64,000 nt of DNA from NCBI RefSeq assembly GCF_009914755.1, contig NC_060946.1; one strand, 5' to 3'. Position numbers and translations under genes: made by a program. Numbering within the stretch: position 1 is the stretch's first letter; each line of letters opens with the position of its first letter. The notes below the pieces were generated by a model that did no database searches, had not been told where the DNA came from, and worked only from the letters and a program-made list of their open reading frames with translations. This DNA is from the human T2T-CHM13v2.0 reference genome, Homo sapiens. Shown here piece after piece: positions 1 through 15,299 of the stretch.

Positions 1-455
<455 letters not shown>

Positions 456-563
456 GTGAATAAAACAAGTTACTTTTCTTGAGATTATCAATGTAAACTT
501 GAGTTTTGGCTGAGTAGGGGCATTCCATTGGACTTGGCAAAGTCAGCTTATCTGAAATGTTAA

Positions 564-749
<186 letters not shown>

Positions 750-1489
750 AAACCTGCTCAAAGGATCCGGGAAGCCCAGAAAAATTTGATTTATATATTA
801 AATGAGCATGTTTTGCAAAGTTAAGATGAGCTACAACTTGTTGCACTTAGAATGGCTTTATATGAACTATTTTCTTTTGCTTTGCTCTGTATCCCCTCCA
901 AAACAAATTAATATGTGATTCTGTGTGTGTTTGTATGTGTGTGTAAGGTCTTTTAGAGTAGAAGCAGCATTCATCATCTTCGCTGTTGTGAACAGGAGCT
1001 GGACAGGTCTACAAGCTAACCTGATTCTTAGAACAGACTAGATTCACAGAATAGATAAGCTCTTTATCACATGGCAGCATATTTTAATTCCAGCCTGTGG
1101 CTTCCCTCCTTACGGGAGCTCAGATAGATTTCTCTTTTACTGTGTGTGTATGTGTGTCTATATGTGTGCATGCATGAGTGTGCATCTTTAGAAGCATGAT
1201 CTGACTTTGCATTGGGCTCCTATGGCTTCCAGGATGCCAAGAGCTGTGACTTTAGCTACCTGGGTAGTGGATCTGCTGACTGTGCCTTTTGTGCCAGTGT
1301 TGTGCCTGTTGTATTTTGCTGTAGCTATAGAAGGCAGCTGCACAGGCTTTAAATAATGAAGTCAAGACCACCATCTCCAGTTTGATTTTGTTTAGAGACC
1401 ATTTTTGGTACAGTTTAGAGCCAGTGGATAATTGCAAGTTGATTAGTGTCTCCCAACCTTCTCTTTTGGTCTGTATTTAATTTTTGCCC

Positions 1490-2190
<701 letters not shown>

Positions 2191-2634
2191 GGTATTTAAA
2201 CTTTTAAAATATTTATACTGAATAGATGCACAGGTCCTATAATGCTAACAAGAGGCAAAAGACAAGGAAAGATTTCTCTCACAATTCTACTACCACAGTT
2301 TCAAACCAATTTCTTTTTCATCTCTCTGTTCTTTAAAAATGAAGCTTTGGACAGATTTTCTTTAGTTCACTTTCCTAACCATCCATGAGACAAAAAAAGA
2401 ACACTGATCAAGACTGTGGTGCTGTTTGACTGCATAAGCACAAATTGTGGTCTTTGAAAGTTCTTGCTGAGAGATTTGGAGTTTTATTAAGAATACCAGG
2501 AAGCCAGCGGCCTTTGAGTAATGTTTGAAACAAGAGGGAAGAAATCAACTATTGCTTTTGTTTGTTCAAAAGCTGACTTTATTGATGATATAACAGTGTC
2601 TGTAGGTCTTGGGATTCCTTTTTCCTTATTGTAG

Positions 2635-2868
2635 ACGTGGTTTCTCCACCTTGGCACTGATGCCATTTGGAACTGGATAATTTTTTTGTTGTGGCTCCTG
2701 TCCTGTGCGTTGTAGGATATCGAGCCACATCCCAGGACTCTACCCACAGGACGCCAGTAGCAAAACCTCCTTCCCAGTTATGACAACTAGAAATGTCTCC
2801 AGACACTGCCAGATGTCCCCTGGTTAGGGGCAGGGAGGGGCAAAGTTGACCTCAGTTGAGAACTACTG
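2635..2868. mobile_element. MER20 (hAT-Charlie)
   Basis: Near full-length match: ccttggcactgatgccattt...tgacaactagaaatgtctccagacactgccagatgtcccctgg...gttgagaactactg. Confidence 0.9.
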
Positions 2869-3809
2869 TTCTAGAAATTCTTCAGGACTAACTTAAATTG
2901 AGATTGACTGTGTTACTGATAAATTTCTGCGGAGGGACATTTTCTTTTATAATAAGCCCCATCCCAATCTGAAAATCCAGAAGTGTCTAGATGTCCACTG
3001 GCCAAGGGATTGAAATCAGTTGGCAGATGACAACTGAGTGTGTGCCTTTTCACGATTTTCACACTTTAGCAGAAGCCTTGTTATCTGATACTGTTGGGAC
3101 CTGTAGGTGGTTGGGTAATTGAAAAAGGTCAGTTAAATTGAAGCAGGGAATGATTTAAAAAGAATCATCTTAAGTTTTAATTAAAGCTTATAAAAGGGAT
3201 TCAAGCTCAGGCCTTTGTGAATAGGACCACAGATATGCACTCCTTACATTAACCTCAGCCTTGATGTATCATTTAAAACATTTCTCTCAGTTTGAGAAAA
3301 AATAGAAATAAAAAACATTTAAAAAGAAAAAATGAAAATGTACATTTCTGATGGGTTTTTTATTTGTTTGTTTTTTCAAAGCAGAACAAATACGTATAAA
3401 CACTTGTAAAGCTATCAGGAACTATCTAGAATTTTGCTTTTTTTTGTCTTCCAAAGTTGCACTTAGCTCTCAGGTGCTTTTTTTTGGTTTTTGTTTTTTT
3501 TGTAGTTATTTGCCTTCATTTAGTCTTTCTATCCAAAGTATATTCAACTTATTTTCATAGAATAAAATAGTATATTTTGCATTGTTTAATATTAAAATCA
3601 GTTACATAATTATAGGAGGTGAGTCTGCATAAACAGATCTAGAAACACATATAGCTCAGCTGGTGGGAGCAGTGGTGTGTGGAGGTACTAGAGAGTAGTT
3701 TCCCAGCCAGGAGTCTGCAGTGCATGCAGGCTGAAGTTATAGGTCTGCTAATAGCCCCTGCCATATTCTGAAATTCATGGAAAGGGCCCCAGAGGATGGT
3801 TCCGATTTG

Positions 3810-4030
3810 AGAGTTGGAAGATTGGGTTCAAGCCCCGGTTCTGTTGCTTTCTCCATGGTTTTGGGACAAGCCCATCAGTAGGCACAAGCCTCAGGTTGCT
3901 TATCTGTCAAATGGGAATGATAGTAATGCTTGTCTTGACTACGGAGCAGGTTATCTTGCAGGTTACACACAGGCCACATAACAGGAAATGCCTTTATAAA
4001 TGTTCCATGGCGCACTGGTATGTTATTAAT
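3810..4030 (+). mobile_element. MIR
   Basis: gggttcaagccccgg...gcctcaggttgcttatctgtcaaatgggaatgatagtaat, the MIR core. Confidence 0.7.
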
Positions 4031-4951
4031 GAGCTGGTTATGCTGAGCCTGAGATGTGCACTTCTGAGAATGTGTTGGCTATCCTTTGCTCTTTGAGCAC
4101 AGAGCACTTGAGCCTCACAGTAAGAGATTTAGGTCAGAAGAGGAATGGAGGGGGCCTTGCTCAATGCAAATTTATACCCACTCTTGCAGAAACAGCTTTG
4201 GGCTCCTGCCATGCTGAAGGTGGAGGCACATCACATGGCTGGGTCTTTGTCATAGGTTTTGCTTGAGTGGAGATTACTGGCTTCTCAGTGATAAACCCAG
4301 TGAGCAGGCAGGGGGTGAGAATACCAAGGGTTTGGCCAGAGTATAACAGGCAGCCAAGGTTCTCATTACAAGTCCTTTACCCATGCTTTGATGTGTATAC
4401 AAAGTGAGTGACATCGTGAAGATTGTGCCACCCTGGAGGAAAAGAAGTAGTCATTTCAGTGCAACACTTTAGGGTCTTCTGGAAAGTAAGAAATTATATT
4501 TATTTTTGCCAGTATGCCTCTTTTGTTCTTCCAGTGATTCGTCAGCAGGTTGACTAAAATTAGAGCCGTCTGCTAGTCTTGTCCCATCTAATGGTTAGAT
4601 AAATCTTGCACTGATGTTCATACCTTGAAGGACCCTTTTTTGTGGAACTTCATGTGTTAGAGAAACTGAACCTGTGTAAAATGGAGCAGATCCAGTTGCT
4701 CTTTGTAACCTTGCTCCCTGGGCCCCCAAAGAAGCTAGAATCTCCCAGTTTTGGCCCCGTAGGTGAAGATGTTACTTTGGGAGTACTTGTGTAACCTGAA
4801 GAAGACTGAAAGTATATAGCAGTTCTCATGAGGGAAACCCTGGGATTATTGGCCTAAGTCTCTCTTCAGTGCAGCAGAAATTCTGCTGTTAGACCGGCAT
4901 TACTGTCTTGACAAAAGGGGAAACAAAGAGGCTACTACATTGTTAGGGAGC

Positions 4952-5110
4952 CCCATCCATCTGTCCACCCATCTGTCCATCTGTCCACACACCCATCTGT
5001 CCACCTACCCATCCGTCTGTCCATCTGTGCAACAATGCAAGGTACTGGGAATATTGCAGTGGAAAAGACAAAAACCCCTGCCCTGTGGAGCCAACATTGT
5101 ACTAGGCAAA
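4952..5110 (-). mobile_element. L2 3' end with a degenerate (CCATCTGTCCA)-like tandem tail
   Basis: Repeated ccatctgtcca units, then gcaaggtactgggaatattgcagtggaaaagacaaaaacccctgccctgtggagc. Confidence 0.65.
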
Positions 5111-6137
5111 CCAGATCCTAGCACATTGTCACCCTAGAATCAGGAGGACTCTTCCTGCCCAGTTCCACTGGGCTAGACATGTAAAGAGAATATGTGAGTA
5201 ATAGCTAAACTTTGGTCTTACTCAGCTAAACTTTGGTCAAATGGCAAAATACAGGTGAGGTTCCTATGGACAGAGAAGGCAGATGGCATAATGGGGATAT
5301 GCTGAGCTCAGTGATGCATCACTGTAGACAGCTTGAGAACTCTAGGCATGGGCCAGCTTGGGACAGAGGCCATGGAAGAGACAGGTGTAGTGCGTGGCAC
5401 CTGTAGCTGAGGCTTAGATGATAACCTTACTCTGCTCTAGCATGGAGAGGACCCGTTCAGCCACACCTGTGGTCATCATTGAGTGCCTGTTTGTAACCAA
5501 GGTTGAAAGGATTGAAGAAGAGGTCTGTGTGATAAGTGGGAGGTGGAAGAGCTGATGGCTTATCTTAGCTGGGGAGGCTGTTCTGTCTCCTGGCCTTGGT
5601 TTCCTCACCTGTAAAATAAGGCCGGTATCTCAAAGGTCACCCAGGTTAAAAAAAAAAATCTTAACTTTGTTGAGTAAGAATGTAACTGGTTGCCTCTTTG
5701 ATCTTTGATCAGTGATCCGCATGAGTGGAGAGAACCTGACTTTTCCTGGTGCCTGCTGCCTTTGGAGTGAGTGCAAAATGTCCATTTTGCTGATGACAGG
5801 CTCCCTGTTGGCATGTACAGAGAATCTCAGGCAGTGTGAGAGTGTAGTAGCCACCTAGCAACATTGGGTCTTTGTGCGCATGTCCTTGTGATCTATCACC
5901 ATGCTGCTGCTCATCTTGATCTAAGATGCATTGCCAGTCTGCCCTGCATTGACTCAGCTGAGAGGCAAAACTGGGCAGAAAAGTGGGCTTCTGCAACTGG
6001 AACCCCAAAAGCCTGGGCAGAGCTGACCCGTATTGCCTTGAATCCTTGTCTTGGGTGTTACTGGCCATGGTTGGCTCTCCTTAAGAACCGTCACAGAAGA
6101 AAGTCACCAAATGTCTGTCTGCCCATCAGGAGCTCTG

Positions 6138-6170
6138 CACTTGATCTCAGCTAAAAGGCTGAGAAGAGAT
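6138..6170 (-). pseudogene. 3'-truncated U2 snRNA retropseudogene (U2 nt 1-33)
   Basis: Reverse complement atctcttctcagccttttagctgagatcaagtg versus U2 ATCGCTTCTCGGCCTTTTGGCTAAGATCAAGTG (29/33). Exact 14-bp TSD catcaggagctctg at 6124-6137 and 6172-6185. Confidence 0.9.
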
Positions 6171-7037
6171 TCATCAGGAGCTCTGTAGCCTTCTTGATAC
6201 CAGCAGTGAATCTTTAATACATGTCTTCTCTAAGAGATACTGTCTGTTCTCTCTGATCTTTCCCATGCCCCCTTCCTCTCCCTTCTTCTACCTTAATGAA
6301 AGAGCAAAACGGCTAATTATATGGAAACAAAGATTGCCAAGGTTTGTATTAGGATGAAGTGTGTGTTCCACCTATGATAGTGGCCAAATCTTCCAAAGTA
6401 CATCATCTGACATTTTAGAATACAGACTTCCCTTTCATAGCAAACCTGTATTTTAATAGCTTGTGGTTTTAAAAATATCATCTAAACTCATGAACTAACG
6501 CATTCTTCTCAATTATATCCCAACTCTACCATCATCTTCTCTTTCTTCTCCTTAACTTCTCTGGAAATTATTGGAATCTGCTTTTAAACACTGGGGGGAT
6601 TGTATATTATAGTTGTTTAAAAATGAATCAATTTAAGTTTGAGCAATGTGGTAATTCAAAGCAGTTTTAGGTGTTATTGGGATTTTTTATAAAGAGCATT
6701 CCTGAGCCTGAATGAAGCAGTCAGTTTTCCTGATGAGCCATGAGCCCATTGCATTAATGTTTGAGTCTCCTGGTGCTCATGATAACGATTAAGGAGTTAA
6801 TGTTACCTCTGCCATGTTTAAACATTAACCAAAGGGCTTCCTCTGCTATTATCTGTTATCAACAATTACTTGGAACATTTTCTGGCAGTGGAGCTTTGTT
6901 TTTCCTCCGAGGAGATGCTAGAACAGGATGAGAATAGACATTAGGCCACATCAAAGGAAGATTCTTGATTATGTCCAAAGAAACTCTGGCCTTGTGGGTA
7001 CAGAGAGTTTGCCTCCTTAATATTTTGTAAACTCCTA

Positions 7038-7140
7038 TCACACCCCCACCCCCACCCCACCCCCCCCCCACACACACACACACTCACTCTCTCTCTCTCT
7101 CTCTCTCTCCCCTCCCTCCTCCCTCCTCCCCCTCCCCCTC
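7038..7140. repeat. Compound microsatellite: C-runs, (CA)n, (CT)n, (CCT/CCCT)n
   Basis: Directly visible. Confidence 0.95.
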
Positions 7141-7834
7141 ATCTGGGTCTGAGGAAGAGGGCTGCAGTGATTATTTCATTGTATCATGGTGAGTGGTACC
7201 TCTTTTCTTATTTGGGATACTCATTAGAGTTGCTCGGTGGAGATGGAATGATGGTGGGGTGCAGTTAAACATGGCTGAGTGCTTTCTGCTTAAGGACCTG
7301 ATGTATTAATGCTCTCCAGGTCATTCATATTTGGGGGAAGGAACAAAGAGGGTACTGCTCTACTGCAGATGTGTTCATTTGCTTATTAACAAAAGGCTGG
7401 GTGACCCAGAAACTTAAACCCTGAGAACAAAAGTACTTTCCAGCTTCCAAATGGGAAGATCTTGGAGACTCTTGAGTGGCTCCTCTGGAGTGCTTTCTTT
7501 ACCACCTAGCTGTTTGGAGCTGTCGTGCCTAATAGCTTCTCAGCCTAGAGGGCCCCATAAAATTTTAGTCTGTTTCTGTATAGAGTGCTTTGGAGTGGCC
7601 GTTTCTCTCTGCCTCTTATTTACTCTCAAATACCCTTTGGAAAAAGAGCTGATGAGGTGCATTGAGACTTGGCATCAAAAGCCATTCATTGATAGCCATC
7701 GCTCAACTCTCTTGGACTTAAATTTTGTTAAACAACAATCACAAAAAGTCTTAAAGAATTACCCCTGTTTCCCCTGAATGTTGAAGTAAGAAAGAAAAGA
7801 ATTACTCCTGTAATGCAAGAAGACATACTCATTA

Positions 7835-8302
<468 letters not shown>

Positions 8303-10504
8303 CTATACACCTGTTACTTGACTTGCTGGCCCAGGACTTCTCTGAATGTAGGGTATGCTAGATGCACGATAACACAGCCCCATCATGGCTTGTAATTCAG
8401 GCATTTAGCGTAAGCTGCTGGGTTTCACTTTTCTTCTGGAAGCTTCAGGCATTGCCCTGCTTTCTGGATGTGCTATGGTTCTGGATTCTTCCTTTCTTTT
8501 TCTCTTAATAGGGCTTGTCTAGGATGGAATTTCAAAATAACTTGATTCTTTCCATCTGAGACACAAGCACACAAACCCTTTAGCAGAAGGTTTTTAAGGT
8601 TGCCTGTGTACCTGCCCTTTGCCCCTAGAGGTCCCACTGTGAGTGCCCCAGTCACATGATCCACTCTGGCCTTATGGGGGCAGCCCACCCTGGCGCCCGT
8701 GTGGTGAAGCCTACTCGTTGTCAGGTTTCCAGTCATTCCTCTCTGCCCTTAGCCCTGTTGTTCTGTGGCTTTGCTTTCTGGGTGCTCTGCCCATGTCCTC
8801 AGTTCATTTCTCTCATTCCGGGTTCTTTGCCTGAAATATCCTCACTAGGCTCCACTCTTTGGGGTCAAGACTGCTGTCTTTGTGCACTTGGAGGCTAGCC
8901 TGTCTCTGTTGAAGTAATGTGTGGGTAGGGTGCCCACACCAACATCCCTGACACAGATCTGGCCAGCCACCTTGGATCAGCCTGCTGCCTTCTCCCATCT
9001 CCTCTTAGATTTGTTCAGTTCCACCCTTTATTGGCTGCAGAAAATGATTCTCTACAATTCTTTCACTGTGGTTTATGATAGAATCCATTTTCTTAAATCT
9101 GATGTAGGATCACTTTCCCCAGCAGCAAGGTAATTCTCTTAGGGTCTTCAAAATGGCTCCCCTACCCGAATTCCCGACCATCCCACTAACTCAGAGGGTG
9201 GGGAGAGGTGAGTAGATGATGCATTTGCTTCAAGAAGTGTTGCCTGTACTTCCCATCCATCACCACCAGGGCATATTGAACCCCTCTGGCAGGCTCTTCT
9301 GGTGCCCTCTGTGATGTGAGAGGAGTTCGGGGGTGCAGAGTGAACATAGTCAAGGTAATTTAGGAAGCTAAGCTCTCCATGTTCTCCTTGGCACAGGTTT
9401 CTCTGAGTCAGTTGGTCACTCCCTCCCAACCGCCATAGTTTTGTTTCACCTTGGGGCTTTTATTGTGAATCTCCACTTACGGTGCTCCTAACATCTTGCA
9501 AAGGTCTTTCAGCCATAGGTCCCTGATCAGGAAAAATGGTCTCCTCTCTGCACTCCAGTTTTATTCTCCTAATCCTCTCTGGCTGAGAGTCCTGACCTGA
9601 CTCAGCCACGCCCCAGAGCCAGAGCCCTGGCCACTTTTCCAGCTTGGTCCATCTCTCATCTCTGCCTATTCAGCCTAGGTGTCGTGACCATCATGCCCAC
9701 CCAGCATGCCACCCTGTGTGGTCTCCTGCCTTGACAAGGTGTGTCCCTTGCCCTGGAGTACATCAGCAGGCAACCCTGACTCCTTTCAGCTCCTAGTGCC
9801 CCGGTACCTCTCCTGGGATCCTGAGGTCCACTCTGCTGGATGCCCTGGCAGAGCAGCAGGCTCCTGGGAGCACCTGGGATTGTGGCCCCTGCTTCCTGGG
9901 CCCAGGAAGTGCCCTGAGTAGCTACTTGGTGGTGGGTGGGTTACTTCTGATCCGTTTATATTTGCTGTACTCCAGCCCACCTTGGTTTTTTCATCCACAG
10001 AGTAGAAATAAATTAAGTGGCTCTAAGAAGTAGTGATTCTTTTTTTAAGGTTGGATTTCTGTGCTTTTCTTAACCATGGCTTTCATAGTTTTGCTAATAG
10101 ACAAAAACAGTCCCTCGACTGCCTCTGAGAGTAGAGCTGAAATAAAAATTCTAGGCGTCTTCTACAGTAGCTGGAGTCCTGCACTGTCCAAGGAGTCTCA
10201 GAATGTAGTAGGAGGGGAAGAAGCTGGGGATTATATATCTACCTGGACCATGGAACGGGATCAAAGAAGGGCATTGAGCGGCCATCCCAAAGCCAGGGCT
10301 TGTAACTTAACATGACACCTCATTCATCTGAGCTGCTACTGCATACAGGTTTAGGATTCTTTTTAAATTGTGCAAATGAGTCTCTATCTTTTAAACTCTT
10401 AGCTGTCATGCCCTGGCTGGTGCTGTTATTATAAAATTGAGACTGGAGGCCATACATTTGAAGACGAAGACAGTAATCCGCTGCCAACCTACTTCTCTCT
10501 TATA

Positions 10505-10505
10505 A

Positions 10506-10536
<31 letters not shown>

Positions 10537-10539
10537 TTT
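10505..10539. repeat. (AT)n followed by poly(T)
   Basis: Directly visible. Confidence 0.95.
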
Positions 10540-10847
10540 AACAAAAGGAAAGAAAAAAACTCATGCCAGACTTGTTTGTCTGAGATTTATCACTGTAGGG
10601 ATCCCAGAGACCCCCATGGAAGCTGGCTTTAGTGGTGGCTGCGGCTGGGGACTGGACAGAACAGGTCAGTGTGAGCTTGAACTAGACTGCGCCTGCCTCC
10701 TGGTGCACGTACTGTGTTTGGGCATGTGTTGGCTCTTAAAATGCTGTTCATCCATCAACATACTGACCCCTTTTGCAAGTTTCATTGTTCTATTATTGTG
10801 ACTATAAAAGTGGCACTTGTTACAAAACCAGTTTCTGTGATCTAGAA

Positions 10848-11006
10848 CCGTGTTCTCAAACTTGCATCTATCAGAATCATCTGCCCCACCTCTAGAGTGT
10901 CTGATCAGTAGCTTTGGGGTGGGGCCTGAGAATCTGCATTTCTAACAAGTTCCCAGATGCTGCTGCTACTGCAGCTGACCTGGCAACCACCCTTTGAGAA
11001 CCACTG
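10848..11006. mobile_element. MER5A (hAT-Charlie)
   Basis: TIR-like ends ccgtgttctcaaa / tttgagaaccactg, core ggggtggggcctgagaatctgcatttctaacaagttcccag, 8-bp TSD atctagaa at 10840-10847 and 11007-11014. Confidence 0.92.
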
Positions 11007-11174
11007 ATCTAGAAGGTACAAGGAAATGAACATCGTCTTCAGTCTTACCACTCGGGAGAGAACCACTGTTAACATTTTAGGGTATAATGAATATATTCAT
11101 ACATATGTGGACATATTTTTAAAAACAATGATAGTTTTGTGCTGTACATAGCGTTGCTTTTTAAAAAAACAACC

Positions 11175-11345
11175 TTCTTTCTTTTGGAATAGTTTTAGAT
11201 TTGTGGAAAAGTTGCAAAGATAGAACAGAGGGCTCCTGTATACCCAGCACCCAGTTTCTCTTACTGTTAATATCTTACACTATTATGGAACATTTGTCAG
11301 AACAAAGGAGCCAACATTGATACATTACTGTTAACTCCACATTGT
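11175..11345 (-). mobile_element. L1MC-type 3' end (within a broader L1ME-like zone, about 11040-11640)
   Basis: ttttagatttgtggaaaagttgcaaagatagaacagagggctcctgtataccc...gagccaacattgatacattact. Confidence 0.7.
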
Positions 11346-11729
11346 TACTGCTTTTATTGAAAATACATGAATGTATTTTCATAGGATTCAAATATCAGAA
11401 ATACATAATGACAGAGTGCCTCTTCACTCCTACCATCCCACTTCCTATATATTTCAGAGTATTTTTTATATATTTATATACACATGTAATTATGCACACA
11501 CACCCATCCATCTTATTTTAAGACATGCTTTTTTCATTTAAATATGTCTTGAAAGCTTTTTTTTTTCAGTATACCTAGATCTGCACCATTATTTTTAATG
11601 GACAACACATTGTTTTACACCCTTTTAAATATATCTTATCTATTTTAATCTAGCAGATTAAAGGTGAGGTCTGGCACACCTCCCTTTTATCTTAAAGTGG
11701 AGGTTAGAGATTATTTGCCCTCCTTTGTG

Positions 11730-11865
11730 GAGTACTTAGCGTATTCTAGGCACTGCCAAGCACTTAGCGTGTATTATCTAACCTAGTTATCAAAACAGTC
11801 TTACTCATAGGTATCATTATCCCTGTTAACAGATGAGGAAACTGAGGGTCAGGGAGGTTAAGTGA
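11730..11865 (-). mobile_element. MIR
   Basis: ttaacagatgaggaaactgagggtcagggaggttaagtga. Confidence 0.85.
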
Positions 11866-12169
11866 GCAAAAACTTTTGACGACTTTCTAGCTGAAGCAGG
11901 CTGTCTCTGGTATTTTGGGTGACATGAGCTGTTCAGCTTAGGGTGAACATTGCTTGGTTTATGGAGTCTTCCTGAGTGCCACACCTAGTGCCAGAATATG
12001 AAGGTGAAGGGTATGCTTAGGGAACTCACAGTCTTATAGCTGAGGGGAGATGTATATATAAAACAAATGATTATGTGATAAGTATTACATTAGAGTTTGT
12101 AAGATGTAAGATGGGTTTCGGATACCTTAAAAAATCCACTAGAAGTAAGGCATGTGCTTGGAACCATGG

Positions 12170-12675
<506 letters not shown>

Positions 12676-14935
12676 TGTGTTTAGTAAATATGTACATATA
12701 ATGTGTTTAGTATATTTAGCATAAACGTATAATCTCTGCCACATCAGTTGCTGAGTTGAAACCTGCCTTTAAAAGTCCTTGGAAAGTTCCGGATAGAAAC
12801 AAGGACAGAACCAAATCCCCCGGTCTTTTATCTCTAAGACCAAATCCTGAAGCCCTCCCTGAAATCCCCTGTGCCCTCAGTCTTTGCATCCTCAGAGCAT
12901 TCTCTTAATGGGCCTCACTCCCATTTACATGTTATCCTGTTTGTGCCGTCTCTCCTCTGCAAGTACTGTTTCTCGGAGGGCAGAATCTGTGCCTTTCATT
13001 CTTGTGTCCCCTGCAATTTAATGGAAGCACATTAAATATTAGTTGTAGAACCAGATGCTGTAGAAAGGGTTCACATCCTACACCCCAAGTCAGGTGGAGC
13101 TTACATGTTATGGTTTTTGAAGAGTTTTTTTCACCTCTTCCAACCATCCTTCCCCCACTGGTTTTTTAGACGTTAGCCTTTGACACCCAAACTTGAGTTT
13201 TAACATAGAAGGGCCATTGAGCATTTTATTCAAAAAGATTTTTAATGAATTATATCTTGATATATGAGTAGTCCTCATTATGAATTAACTTAATCCTCAG
13301 GTCTTTCACTGTGAGGAAAGATTTATGTTGATATTTTCCCCCAACTTAGAAAAGCAGAACAAAACCTCAGCAGGCCTATGTCTTGTGTAGCCAGGGCAAT
13401 TCTTACCAGACTGCCACAGGTTAGAGAAAATGCTGCCCATTCTTTTCCTTTCCTGCTCGTGCTTAGAGGAGGGAGCATTCTGGCAGGGATTCTGGACCAG
13501 TGAAATTGGAATAATACTGTAAAGAAGTTTTGGTTGAAGACAAGGCTAAATGAATTAAGGGAAAGGCTAGTTTCTTAATAAGTTTCTGAGTTCGTCCTAG
13601 AAAGATTGGTAGTTAAACCATGTTCCATGTCAACCTGAACTGTCTAAATAGTAATCTTGAGAGGTATGGCAGTGTTATTTTTTTTCTCCTTCTGGAAAAT
13701 CAGCTAAACTTGTTAGAGTATGTGAAAATCTACTCTCCTAGATTTGAAGAGCAGGATTCTTTTTGGAGGGCAGTTACAGAGCCACACTAGGTTTCTGCTT
13801 TTTTTTTTTTTTTTTCTTAAATAGGAGATTGCTCCCTCTTAAGAGAGCCAACGATTTAGAAAACTTAATCACAGGTTCTTCTTCCATTCACACTTAATCT
13901 GGTCATTCAGAGGCTCTTGCCCTCCCCTTCAGAGGCTGCAGCGCCTGACCTGGGGCCACGGAGGTCTTCCTCCTCAACCTTCAGAAGGTTCAAAGGGCAG
14001 GAGTGAGTCTGATTCTTTGGATAGGGGGTTGGGTTGGATCTTTTAAAATTAATTTCTGGGTGTGAACTGTAAAAGAGACGAACCAGTAGGGATTTACTCT
14101 CCTCCGTAATTTACTATTGCAGCCAGAAGCCTGATGGTTTCAGCACCCCCACCCAGAAAAAAATTTATAAAATGACCAAAATGTTACAGAAATTTATTTC
14201 ATGGAGGTTGTTCATTTTATGGACAGTTGTTCCATTTTAAGCACTTTGATCACCCTCCTGATTCCCTTTTTTTTTCCTCCCCCTTTTTGGACGTCAGTTC
14301 TCTGGCATGTTTAGTGACAGAAGCAAAAGGGCTGTAGGAAATCTTTCTTCATGTAAATAAGTACCTATGTCTCTCCTCATACTTTTATTTTCCTCTGGCA
14401 TTAAAATGAGAAGAGTAGGGTAGGGGACTTGGAAATCCTATCACTGCAAAAATGGTTGGCTTAGATGCCGGTGGTGGTGGTGGCAGCCAGGGAGGGAAAT
14501 CAAGAGTCCTTTGCATGTGCCTGGGTGCACCTGCTTGTTTATTAGATGCGTGGCTGTAAGTCATCTGGAGTAGTGCAAATTTGTATTTTTATTGATTTGA
14601 ATTCAGAGAAGGTTTTTGGTCTTAATTTAACTAATTTATTTATTTTTCATTTTAGAAATTCAATTTCAGCTTCACCCTAATTGTCACTACTAAAATCCTA
14701 CATATGCAATTCTAAGCTTACCAAACTGATAAAATAAGATGACTTTATTACTTTTATTTTTTAAAATTTCTCGTTTTCCTTTTCTCTTTTCCACTTGGCT
14801 GAGGACAAATATAGATAAAATCTTGGCCTATTGAAGAGCCAGTAAAATGTTGTTTTATTTTTGTTTCTAACCTGGGATGTTTTATATCTGCAAAATGTGG
14901 TGAAGACAGACCCATTCATTAAAAACAGACTGCTC

Positions 14936-15299
<364 letters not shown>

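Noticed and set aside
4952-5030. Spaced ccatctgtcca repeats that superficially resemble an array
   Set aside because: Degenerate microsatellite tail of an L2 element. No CRISPR-like architecture, and the DNA is human.
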